Source: Epithemia pelagica (lineage: Eukaryota > Protista > Bacillariophyta). Taken from it: 64,000 nucleotides of DNA. Below the pieces are notes generated by a model that ran no database searches, was not told the origin of the DNA, and saw only the letters and a program-made list of their open reading frames with translations. Below are positions 11,107 through 22,600 of the stretch, in pieces (position 1 is the first letter of the stretch; each line of letters opens with the position of its first letter). The DNA lies in contig OX337228.1 of assembly GCA_946965045.2 (NCBI GenBank), positions 5,394,001 to 5,458,000 of the forward strand, given 5' to 3'. The position numbers and the translations under genes are program-made.

Positions 11107-11397
11107 GGGGTACATAGAGGGCAAGTATAAACTTGAACGCGAGCCCGCTCTTATCGCGACGGTCGATTCGGGTTGGCCTGCTCGATTTTCCCATATCGGG
11201 CTGGAGTGCACATATCGGGCTAGCCCGATATAGCCCGATCATATCGGGCAAACACCGTGTAAAATCACATAATAAAATGCACAGATCGGGCTGGCACGAT
11301 CGTATCGGGCCAGCCCGATCATATCGGGCTGAAATGCTCATATCGGGCTAGCCCGATCATATCAGGCATTTAAATTCAATAGCCCTGTAAATACCCC
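11107..11397. mobile_element. MITE-like 291-bp element filled with ATCGGGC/GCCCGAT motifs
   Basis: Imperfect TIR GGGGTACATAGAGGGC versus GCCCTGTAAATACCCC (13/16). About 7 forward and 4 reverse motif copies, and an 18-bp palindrome TATCGGGCTAGCCCGATA at 11213-11230. No TSD found. Confidence 0.55.
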
Positions 11398-11683
11398 TCT
11401 CAGAAATAAGAACACAATACACATATTATAGCAAAATATTGATGGATATATCATATTGCAAAGTCCAACATATGGAATAAGGGCATAGAGTGTCATATTC
11501 ATATTAAAAACGTGAAGCTGTTGTCATATCGGCACTCAAATATGACAAACGACTGCGGTGGAATGTGGAATGTGGAAGATATGGATCTTGTATTGGGTAT
11601 GCCTTTTGGTTTTTGCTTGAAAACCAACGACCAACCCTCAATCAACCTCAACCCTGACCCTGTCCCTGTGGAACACAACATAC

Positions 11684-11762
11684 GGGGTCCGGGGGACGAA
11701 AAATTCCACCGCGATAGATAATACTACGCTATCGCGGTGTAATTTTTCGTCCCCCGGAGCCC
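11684..11762. repeat. 79-bp near-perfect hairpin (34-bp arms, 11-nt loop)
   Basis: 11684-11717 matches the reverse complement of 11729-11762 at 32/34 positions. Confidence 0.92.
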
Positions 11763-12086
11763 ATAACAAGGCATCCCCGTTGTTGTAGCTAGTGTCTAGG
11801 TAGACCCTATTCTATGCATACTTCGGGTGGGCGGGCTGATTTCCCCAACTTCCAACACGGACGTAGGGCTCATAGGTGTAGCTATCTCTGCTACTCCACT
11901 CTAATGTTATCTCTATCTCCCCTATTGTTTCTGTCTCCTGTTTCGTTTTCGTGTCTCATCTCAGAACCACAACAGCAATAGGCAACGCAACAAACATTGC
12001 ATGAAACAACGCCCGACAACAAACGCTCGTGGTAAGGTCTTAGGAATACTCAGCGCAAAGTATCGCAAGTTGCCTATCGGTGCGAA

Positions 12087-12797
12087 ATGGCCAGCGCCAG
12101 TACTTCAAGTGAGCTGTCACAACAGCATCAAGAGCTTCTAGAAGTCGAACAGCTTCTACAGGACTCTCCTCATGATGAGTCCTTGCTGCAACTGAAGGCT
12201 GATCTTCTGGAACTCATCGCTGTAACACAAGCGACAGTAAAAAGTACCGAGAAAAGTACCGAGAATTCGAATGCCTCATTGGAAGAGGTGGTAGCGCACC
12301 AGGGCACAACTTCTATTGACACCCCAAACAACGATGAAGAGCAAATATCTGGCTGGACCACGTTAGAAACAGGAGTTGGTAAACGAAACTTGGAGGACAA
12401 ATCAGAAGAAACACAGCAAGTCCCATTCGATCTGAGAACGTCTGACCCACCAGTGAATGTGGACGACAGACCACAGAAGAAGAAAAAACTCTCTTCAAGC
12501 CCCGCAAAAGAGTTTCAAATTCCGGTTCATTTGCAGCCCAATGAGAAAGACAGTAAATCGGAGATGAACCGTAAAAAGCGAGCAGTCAAAGCTTTGAAAA
12601 ATCAATGGCGTACTCATCGAAAGGAGCACGAAGCAAACAAGAAACAGAAATCTTGGCAGGATTTCCAGAAACGAGGCAAGTCTGGGACATCTACGGGAAG
12701 CAGCATGTTCTCCACCAGCAACGATGGACATACCAAGGTCGGAGTCGTAGGCGGGCGAAGTATGACCGATTTTGCCTCTCGCAAACGACATAAGTGA
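12087..12797 (+). CDS. SPF30/SMNDC1-like splicing factor with no visible Tudor domain
   Basis: N-terminal ELLEVEQLL..DESLLQLKADLLELIAVT and C-terminal KQKSWQDFQ..SMFST..KVGV..MTDF..RKRH resemble the two conserved ends of SPF30. Confidence 0.65.
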   Translation: MASASTSSELSQQHQELLEVEQLLQDSPHDESLLQLKADLLELIAVTQATVKSTEKSTENSNASLEEVVAHQGTTSIDTPNNDEEQISGWTTLETGVGKRNLEDKSEETQQVPFDLRTSDPPVNVDDRPQKKKKLSSSPAKEFQIPVHLQPNEKDSKSEMNRKKRAVKALKNQWRTHRKEHEANKKQKSWQDFQKRGKSGTSTGSSMFSTSNDGHTKVGVVGGRSMTDFASRKRHK

Positions 12798-12834
12798 CTG
12801 TTGTGGGTGATATGGTAACCATTATCTACTGTCC

Positions 12835-12976
12835 AAACGAAACGCAGATGATTCTCTTCGTCCGTCCGTTGGCCAAATCATCTGCACTCCTCTGGTAGAA
12901 CTCTGTTCACGGTCAAAACGAAACACAGATGGTTCTCTTTGTCCGTCCGTTTACTAATCATCTGCACTCCTCTGGT
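12835..12976. repeat. Two tandem diverged ~62-bp units (period 80-81), each a stem-loop
   Basis: Unit consensus AAACGAAAC-RCAGATGRTT-ctcttygtccgtccgtt..-AATCATCTGC-ACTCCTCTGGT. GCAGATGATT and AATCATCTGC are reverse complements. Confidence 0.85.
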
Positions 12977-13175
12977 CTTCAATTCGAGCATTCTTCAATA
13001 TGCACTGCTTCTATGGAATCAGGTTGTTGGTTCATCACATCCTGTTTGCTCAAAACTGAAGCAAACGAAAAAGACAATATCATCATCGCCCGATATAACC
13101 TCTACTAGTGGTATACGCTACTTATCTATCACCAGAAAGTGCAGTTCATCACGTCAAATTGTGCCGCTAATCGCC

Positions 13176-14356
13176 CTACGAACCTGGCTTGAAACTTGAT
13201 AGATCCTTCTTTTTCTTCTTCTTAGTTGCCTTGGGCTTCGTGGCAGGCACTGCGGCCGCTGTTGTTTCTGTTTCAGGTACCTTGGCAGGGGTAGGATCCG
13301 GCGATTCACTTGGTGTGTCTTCCTTCTCAGTTTTCGACGGTCCAGCTCCGGCAGCGGTTGCATCCGCTACTTCTGCTTTCTTCCCTTCATCGCCAGGGGA
13401 TGATTTTCTGTCTTCTTGTTCCTGGTCCGAGGGAGCGGCACTTTTCATCGGTGGTTTCGCGGGAGTTTTGTTGCTGTTTGTCTTCGTTGCCCAGGAAGCG
13501 CCTCCACCCACCGGTGTCTTCTTGGGAACTCGTGCGGGTTGAGCAGACTTCTCCTTTTGTTCTAAAATTTTGTCTGCCGCCGCCAGGTCTGGGAACAACT
13601 CCTCGTTTGAAGTGTCCAGTTGCTGCTGTTTCCCAGCTACGCCCATGCGCACTTTCGAGAGATTGGCGTTCTGGGATGCACGCATCCGAGCAGACACCCA
13701 TATGCCTCCACCGCCAGAGGCAGCCTTCGCGGCCTCTTTCTCTTGTGCTTCTTGCTCTTTGCGCTCTTTCTCGGCTTTCGCTCTCGCAGCTTCACGTTCC
13801 ATTCCTTCCCGTGCAGCTGCTAGCTGCGCCTTCGTTTCTTCGACACGAAGTTTTTCGGAAATATTATCAGAACCCTTGTTTTGAGAAAAAGACTTCATGT
13901 CCAGAACTTCAGGCGCCGAGCTATTAGACACAGTCTTGCTACGCGAAACAACAGCTGCTTCGTCCCATTGCTGCTCTTCTCCGCCACTTGCCGCCTGATC
14001 ACTGGTCGGGGCTTCGTGTTCATTATCGGTCACAACAGCGCCAGATGTCGGAGCCGTTGCGGTCACATTGGCGTGTCCCTGTGATGCAGCCGTGGCCGAT
14101 TGAGACTGAGCGGCCTCGATATCTTTCGACAAAGCCGGAGCTTCCCTGTGAGTTCGACACCATTCCAGTAAGAAAGCCTCAAATCATAGTTGTTGAAATT
14201 CATGGCCGTACACTTCGTCAAGAAAACGAATTATGGTTTTACGTACACATGAGTGGTTTGACTAACCGTGGAGACGTCGATCAGGTTTGCATTGAACTTG
14301 AATGCCTTCTTTTTCCTCTTCTTGTTCGCGAAAAACGCGGCCGCTGCTTCCGACAT
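13176..14356 (-). CDS. CDV3-like charged low-complexity protein; exons 14356-14247 and 14145-13176
   Basis: Exon 1 (MSEAAAAFFANKKRKKKAFKF) splices in frame through GTACGT..CAG to the 318-aa ORF. The FFA..KKKK start and LFPDL motif resemble CDV3. Confidence 0.55.
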
Positions 14357-15064
14357 GATCTCTTGGTGATTACAGATAGAGAGTTCAGGTCAGGATGATC
14401 CACGAGATCATTGTGAGTATCAATCAAAAACGACTACGCAGCATTCAATTGCAAACGTCTTTGTGCGGTGGTGGTAAGACTTGCGCTGCGATTGCCGCCG
14501 AGCGAAATCATCGTCTCTCGTTGAGGAGGGCGGACGCCAGACGTACCGTACCCTACGTATTAGCGTGCGAGCCATGAGAGCCTATTTCCTCCTCTAGCTA
14601 GCAATGTAAACTTTGGTCTAAGGTATCCCCGTCTCTGATGTCGTGCCATGGCATACCAACAATCCCATAAGCCAACCTTAGACGAGGGCAGAACCTGACT
14701 TTCAGAAAGGAAAGTTACACTACAAGACGTAGATTATTTGAATTCCAGAGGCCAGAGATTGTTTCCCTTAGAAGTTTGGTGGCTACTTCTCTTCGAACAT
14801 GGAAAACAGATGGACGATGAAAATACTCATAAGTTGGAACGAAAGTGACTTGGAAGGAAGCCTAAAGACTACTCTTAACATAAGATAGGCTCATTTGTGT
14901 AGAAAAAGGAAGACGGACACTTCTTTCGTACCAGTCGTTTGAAGTGTCATCCGACATCCGACACATGTCAAATGTCAACACAAAGGAGATAAGATGCATC
15001 CTCGTGAATCAAAATCAAACAGCCAAAATCAAACACTATGAAATGATGATTAATTAATGTGGAA

Positions 15065-15783
15065 CTACTCATAGATCCAATCTTTGCTGTGGCTTTCCCA
15101 GTCAAGAAGTTCCGATTCGTCGAACCACAAAGCAATCTCTTTCTCGGCATTTTCAACAGAATCAGAGCCATGACAAATGTTGCGTCCAACTTCAATGCAA
15201 AAGTCACCGCGGATTGTTCCAGGTGCACTCTCCAACGGGTTGGTGGCCCCAAGCATCTTACGTCCGGTGCTCACTGCTTCTTTTCCTTCCCACACCATGG
15301 ACACGACAGGTCCAGAAAGCATGTATTCTTTCAGTTTGGGGAAAAATGGCTTCTCCACCAAGTCTTTGTAGTGTTGCTCAAGGAGCTCGCCAGTGGCCTG
15401 CTTTGTCTTCATGGCGACAAGCTTGTAGCCCTTTTGTTCAAATCGAGATACGATGTTTCCGACGATACCTCTTTGAACGCCATCAGGTTTGATCTGTATC
15501 GACCATCAGCAAAAGTCAGAGTGCCACTAAATCAAAAGACCTCATTAAGGCCAAACTTTTCTGTAGTGCGCTGATCTGGAAGACGAGTCAACGCTCAATA
15601 CATGTCATGTGATCAAATCAAAGAACGATGACGTACCATGATGTAAGTTCGTTCCGCCGCGGACATACGAAGAACGCCTCCTCTACTGCGGGATGTCGAC
15701 GCTCTCAATGGGGCGAAGGCAGATGTGAGCGATACGAAGAGTGTTGCCCATAGGGCCAAGAAGAAAGAAGTTTTCGTCATCAT
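15065..15783 (-). CDS. NDK: Nucleoside diphosphate kinase, plastid-targeted; exons 15783-15637 and 15493-15065
   Basis: Signal peptide ending TSA-FAP, then ERTYIM|[26 protein letters not shown] and WIYE. Confidence 0.95.
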
Positions 15784-16402
15784 GGAGCGTCGTTTAGATC
15801 CACCCTTTTTTGTCTCTGCCGTCAATTTTTGCATCTGACACTTCAGATCAGATTGGAAAATTGGAATTGGATCCATTATCCATATCCATCGGATTTCTGA
15901 CGTTCGCGTGATGTGGCCGGGCATCCACTCGCCTCGCGTGACTGAGAAAAGATTCCCGCGACCATCCAAAGAGGTGCGAATCTTGTCGCACCCACGATTT
16001 TGGACGAGATTCTGTATCCCAACTTGTGGTACTTAGGGAGCTATATAAGTACATAATAACCCATACATTTCTTTAGATTGTACATCCAATTTCTAGAGCG
16101 CGGTATTGATTTTTATTGATAATATCCATTGACTCTATGTGGATGTAAGCGCTTGAAATTGTTGGTGAAAGGATGCAGATGCAGCAGTGTCACCGCGTGG
16201 GCCGTGGCGTGGACTTTTGGTTCGTGGAGAGTCTACTGTATGTAGCTATCGCAAATCGCAAGAAAAAACACGCAAACGGCATTGTTGTTGTTGACGGAAC
16301 TCCACAATCGCATCTCTACTGAGCATCGTAGTTCTCTGCCGCTCAGTGCATTACCTTCCGTCTTTGAGCTCTACGAATAGCATAAAAGCAATAAACGCAA
16401 GA

Positions 16403-17858
16403 ATGGCTGAAGCGAAGACTGGACCATTTAAAGCCGACGAGGGCTGGACTAAAGTTCAGCTAATGGGAGGTTCCGAGACTCCGGCCGTCACGAAATCCAA
16501 GGTATGTCTCTGCCAGCGAAAAAACTGTGGGGAATCTTTTGCAGTCCTTCATCTCAGCCTTATATTGAATTGTAGGTTGTAAAAGGGAAAGGGGTTGACG
16601 AAGATCCGACTTTGTGGGGACGACCTGGTCATTTGACTGCCGAAGAGACGGATGTTTATTTCAAATTCAAGGATGAGGTATCGAAGCGAGGTGGTGACTT
16701 TAAAGATACAGTTTTCTGTTTTGGGCTAGAAGAAGGGGAAGTTTGGGCACTCTGCCGCTGGCTGCGAGCTCGTAAATATGTGTATGATGATGTCATTAAG
16801 ATGGTTGAGGAAGCGACTGAAGTCCGTAAGGAAGCCAAGGCCAAAGACTTTTACCCCGATCCTCTTGATGCGTTGGGCTGTGAGGCATCGCTCTTCTACG
16901 CACAATACCCTCAGCTATACTGTGGTTATGCTAAGAGCGGAGTTCCTGTTTTCATCAGCAAACCAGGTATTCTCAATGTTGACGGAATGGAGACCATTAC
17001 CACTCTTGATGGAATCATTAAGTTCCACTGGTTCATTATGATGCACGACTTTGCGAAGCGCTTGCGGGGACAAAAGGCAAAAGATCCCGAAAATTTCAAG
17101 CGGTGAGTTTCTTCCTGGGTGATGCAGAAATCTCTTTCCATTCATCTCTTACCCTGAATGCTTCTTTTGATCATGTAAGATTTGAATGTCTTTGTGTACT
17201 CGATTTAAACCACTTGACAACCTCCCAGCTTTCTCGTAGAGCAATGGCGATTATCAAAGAGCAATCTGCAATCGATTCAGTCTGTTTCCCTGAAACGATG
17301 GCCAAGATGGTTCTTTTGAACGCACCCACATTCTTTGCCGCGACATGGAGACTCATCAAAGGATGGCTCGACCCACGCACTCAAGCCAAGATTGAAGTCA
17401 TCTCAAGCAAGTCTGCAGGCGAAAAGAGATTGTTGGAACTTGTTGATGCTGACCAACTCCCATCGGATTATGGCGGCAAAGGGCAGGAAACAGAGAAAAC
17501 GTTGGCTGAATCATCTGAAGGCGATGAAAAGCGTTTGGTGACCAAAATGTTGTATCTTCGTGGCCACGGCTCTGAAACTATGGACGTCCCCAAGGGTATG
17601 AGTGTCAAGGTAACTATAATCACGCGCTCTACGTCGGGAGCAACCTTCTCCATGACCGACGCTGACTCTAAGAAAGTTTTGAATGATTCGATCAAAGTTG
17701 TTCATCCTGACGAGAGCTCCGTCACTCCTACTCGTCATGTTTTGAACCCAGAGAGCAATATCAAGGGCCCTATCAAGCTCAAAGTAAAGGCGGACTCCAG
17801 CGGCAGTCGATTCTCAACCCACAATTTCCTGATCGCTTTTGCTTTCTTTGAAGGTTAA
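16403..17858 (+). CDS. SEC14/CRAL-TRIO lipid-binding protein; exons 16403-16501, 16576-17102 and 17180-17858
   Basis: LCRWLRARKY, VLDLNHL, DSVCFPETMAKMVLLNAPTFFAATWRLIKGWLDPRT and QLPSDYGG; in-frame GT-AG introns. Confidence 0.9.
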
Positions 17859-17924
17859 ATAAAAAAATACTCCTAGATGATTAAAAAATCGGTAGCACAA
17901 CAAAGGAATCAGAAATTCATATAG

Positions 17925-19289
17925 TTAAGATGTGTGTTCGCCTCTGCCAGATTTGTCCATACTTCGTCGTCGTGCCCGCGTAGTTGCACCAGGCGACATT
18001 TTCTTGTAAAGGGTGCTCTCAACCCATGTCTTGGTTGCTCCACTTCGAATACGCTCGATCCCTTCAGCAAAAAGCGGATCGACCACCGCGTCGTTATTGA
18101 TGATATTGGAAGGCTTTGTTTTGCTTTGACGTCGGTATAAATACCCCGTATGTCCTTCCTTCGAACCATGCATCGAGGTAGGAGTCTGTGCGATAAGGTC
18201 CACGTCGAATTCATAACTCCGAATAATATCTTTTGGACCATGAAAACAAATCAGATAAAGCGAACTGCTTCGATTCCAGATCTCGGCTAAATCGACCCAC
18301 AAAGCTGGTGGGAAACTGGGCCATAAGAAGATAGGGTGAGGAAACAAGCCGATCGTCCAATTTCTTGAAATAGATATGAGGACTTACCCAATACTAAACA
18401 TGTATATGTGAGTGAACGGATCGAAAACATTTGCAGCTCGTATATCCCCTTGTACGAATATGCACCTTTGGCTACGGGAAGAGATCTCCGTGTTGCCAGC
18501 CTTATCGACATCACTACAAAGGCCCCGAAGACAGTTCATGGACAGCAGCCAACGATCGCTGTCAATTTCAAGGCCATAACTTAGCTCCACCCCTGGATCA
18601 TGGGCCACGTGAAAATTCGGTTTCCCTATTCCACTTCCTACGTCGAGAAAACGACTTGACCGATCAAAGCTTGTGTGTTCTTTCATCAAGTTAACCATTT
18701 TTTGCATTGAACCCATTGTTAGCTCTCCGTAAATAGGGCCATGCGATGCGTTTCCACCAATAGATCCCGTCAGCTTTCGGATCACCCCATAAACCGTTTT
18801 CACTCCGTCCGAGACAACTATTTCGGAGGTCAGTCGACCAAATAGGAGCCTACGTTTAGCTGGTGATTGATGTGCTGTCGATTGAGCTCTCGCAGGGGTG
18901 ACAAGCTGCGGTTTCAGTGTATCTCGAGTGGTGAACAAAGAACGACAAACAGCGTCTGAATTCGATTCCGTCTCTTCAGATGGAGAAAACAGAAGTGAAC
19001 CGTTTGAAGTGTTGCCCTCTGCTCTGTGTTTCTTAGAATCAGAATGCCCTGGGGTAATAACAGGACGGCTTCCGTCAAGGTGAACTTGAGGAACATCAAC
19101 GTATGCTACGGCTTGGATTTCCTCATTCACCGAGGATTCCGCCAGGTTCAAGCGGACTCGCTTCGGCGGTGTCCTGATGTCATTCTCATCACTATTGTTT
19201 TCTTCGGCAGCGAGAGCGATTTGTTCAGCTTCCCGATCATTCTGTTGCTCATCAGACTCAAGGCCACGAGACCGCTTCACTCGGCTCAT
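17925..19289 (-). CDS. DOT1-like class I SAM-dependent methyltransferase; exons 19289-18388 and 18315-17925
   Basis: YGEL, FLDVGSGIGK, GLEI, QGDI and HIYMF motifs of the DOT1-type fold; disordered basic N-terminus. Confidence 0.72.
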
Positions 19290-19589
19290 CTCCGTATCGT
19301 CGTATTCGATTTTGTTTTCGACTCAGTTGAAGCAGAATGATTAACTCTGCAGAGAACGAACGTGGATGATGATTCGCAGGCATCGTGGATGCACTTCGTC
19401 CATCGCCAATATTGCTCGCTCTTGAAAAAATGAGCGAAAAGAGGGGCAAAAATCCGGGATGACGGACGGGACGACCCCCCAAACCCAGACCTCTAGGTAG
19501 TAGCTCTAGTAGCTAGAGAACTACAGTACTATAGAGATAGCTAGTTAGTCGAGTCAAGGTCACGGGTCACGGGTCAATTTCTCTACTCT

Positions 19590-19657
19590 CTACTCGTACT
19601 CCTAACTCCTCTAGGAGTAGGAGAAACTAATCGCATTGTCATTACTCATACTCCTAG
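19590..19657. promoter_or_regulatory. Cluster of TACTCCTA/TAGGAGTA motifs upstream of the DOT1-like gene
   Basis: CTACTCGTACTCCT..CTCTAGGAGTA, the same composite as at 50470-50505. Confidence 0.45.
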
Positions 19658-19686
19658 TGAAATCGTTGAACGAGTCCCCGCTGCTC

Positions 19687-22600
19687 CTATAACATAAGGT
19701 TACTGCATTCAATCTCGAGCAAATTATCAAGGATAAGGTCCACGGTAGAGCCAATGGCACTGGCCAAGTCTTCTTGGTCCGTCAATGGCAAGTCTGCGTA
19801 TCGTATGATTAGATCGCCGTCAACCACGCCCTTCTTACGATCGTTGTGGCGACAACCCCCGCGACTAGTTGAACGACGAAAAAGTCTCCAAGCACGTGGG
19901 CTCATTGCACAATCACTTTCAAGAGCATTTGCCAACACAGACTGTAGTGCCGTCAATCTCCAATAGACCGGTTCACTCAGTGGTACACAAGAAACGATTT
20001 GCGAATCTGTCGTTCCAAAGTGGACGCCTAGTCTTTGGTCGTCATCCATGCGACCATGGTAAGCGTCTTGCTGCTTCAGAGCGGCCAAGGTGCTTGTTGA
20101 TGTTGCACTGTGTACCAGCAAGCTGGAGCGACAGTAATGTTGCCGAAATGCTGTCGTTTGTGATCCCAGATGGTAGTCTGACCTCATTACAAGTTTGTTT
20201 CCCCCGCGAGCAGCGGCTTCCCCGGGAGCATACTGGAAGAACTGAACATTTTGTCGGTCATCGTGGCACAAAAAAGTCATCGAAGCACCTGCATGACCAA
20301 CACAAGAAAACATTTCATAAGTTGCGTTACTAGCCAACGTTGTCGCGGCCAGGAGAAATTTCGAGCAACATACCTCTGCTCACGAACCCAGCAGCATAAA
20401 CAACAATGGAATCATAAGCCTTCGAAAGCAAGGTTAAGCTTTTGTCTGATTCTCGCCAGACCAAGAAATAGAGTGAGTCGTATGCATCACTCAGGAGAAA
20501 ATATGTTTTGAACAACATGATTTTATGAATTTGCATGGTAGCGCGGAAGAATCCGACTTGCGTAAGCTTCCCATTTTTTCCCCATTGCTCCAAGTTCACG
20601 TCTGCACCTGCGCCAATCACAAGACGGTTTTTCTCCTCTGCTGAAAGGCAACTCAGAGAAGTTACAGGACCATGGAAAATCTCTTTCTCATAGGTAAGCG
20701 ATAAATGGGCTACCTGCGATGATAGCCTTCTTCCCGGGTCTGGTTTTTTAACTTCGAAAAGTAAAACCCGTCCTTTCGCGCTCACATCTTCCCCATTGAT
20801 GTTGTTTGTGCCAGTACCCAAGGTAACAAACGTTATATTCGAAATATCTGCCACGTCGATCGTAGCCGTCGTACTCCCTGGTTCTTCTTGAAATTCAGTG
20901 AGGGACATGACTTCAAGCGTCAAACCATGCTCGAACTCCTCGAGGTCGTATGAGTCCACTACCCGCCATTCGTTAGCTGCGTCCACGATCCATAGAGAAT
21001 AGTACTCTTTGTGAATTGGAGGGGCGCCGCCTAGAGATGTTTCCACATGGAAAACATCGTCTCGTACAATCTCTGATGTCCACTCCAGCTCTACATCGAA
21101 ACCTCCTAGATCTGCTTCAACTTGCCGCTGAATCTTCGCTTCTTCTTTTTCACGTTCAGCTTGTTCACGTTCTTCCGGGGTCATCCCATCATCATTCAGA
21201 AAACTTTGGTCGACTTCAAGCTCCCGAGAAACCAGCATAGCAAAGAGTGGGTGACTGCCAGTAGAAACTCCATCTTCCTTCAAGAACTCAATTTGTCTGA
21301 CGGTTACTCCCATTGCAAGTTTTTCCATGTAGAAGCCCCCTCCTGAAAACAAACCGGTCTTCTCAAAAACTGGACTAATTCCTTTGAACATTGTCATGCG
21401 CTGGCTCCCAGATCGGCCCACACGTTCATGAACCGTGAGAAACCCACCCATGGGCAATGGGGAGCAAAATCCTGTCAAAGGAGCCGGTTTTCCACCGGCC
21501 GGGGCTGCCTGTCTTGTGCGATGGTTCAGTGTTGTTGGTTTGCCTCGTTCACATACAATCCATTTTGGCTGAGAAAGCGCAGCAAACAAACCATCTTGTC
21601 CCGAAATATTTTCGAACCGATATAGAGAATTCTGTGAATACAGAATGTCCGCCACAACCTTCGCTGTGATGATGCCTTTCTTCACGAGCTTTGTGCGGTG
21701 TCGGGATTGTTCTTGACTTCGCCTGCACACAGTTTTCAAAAGCTCACGCTCCATTACCATGCGATGGGGCCCAGCAAACCGCGCTTGAAAAGAATAGAGG
21801 AAGAAATCACCGCTGGAAGTGACTACGGCGAGACAGACCCGTCTATAAAAAGAGGCAGAACGATTATTGGGCTCCATCGTCGTGGGACCACAAACAAAGA
21901 AACGAGCTTCCTCAACCTTGACGAGATGTGAGCTTGGGAGAGGCAATGGGGATGGATTACTCGAAGGTGCGATAGTATTGAGACCTCTTTCGCAACCATA
22001 ACACGACCAACAATAAGTAAGTTCTCCCGTTCTGTTCTCTACCTGGTACATTTCCAGCAAACCAGATTTTCGGAAAATCGCGAGAAAAGTTTCATCTTGT
22101 ATGCTATCTTCATCCTTCTTGGGAGGTGGCTGACGGCTACTTTCATGGGCTTTGGATGCGTCAACCGCTGCAGATGATAACCCATACAAATCGATGTCGT
22201 CTTCGTCAAATTCCGGATTTCGAACTATTGTTTCGTGGCTCTTCAATCCGTCAGTAGAAATATTTGTGCCCTTTTCGTCCACATCTGGGGGGCACACAAG
22301 AAGTGGCGATGCCCGAAATAGATCAATCGCCGCAATTTCTTCAGATGCGTAAAATTCTCGTAGTTCCACTCTGCCATCGTCTTCCTCGGGTATCGGTGGA
22401 TCGACATCTTGCATCTTATCCGTTTTGACAGGAAGGTCCACGACATATTTCATGCCTGTGCGAGTGAACACCACTAGTACCGCTCGTCCCGACGACCATC
22501 GACAGGCCGTCCCGTACTGTTCCTCATTGTCGCATGTGTAGGTCAACAAAGGTGTGGACGCCACCAGACAATCGTCTGGAGCAAGAGAACTTAAAAAGAA

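Noticed and set aside
11190-11365. CRISPR-like repeat array
   Set aside because: The repeats are 7-10 bp, in both orientations with irregular spacing; the context is eukaryotic and there are no cas genes.
11630-11670. AACCCT/GACCCT/GTCCCT run resembling telomere repeats
   Set aside because: Only two exact hexamers, not adjacent; too short and degenerate to call.
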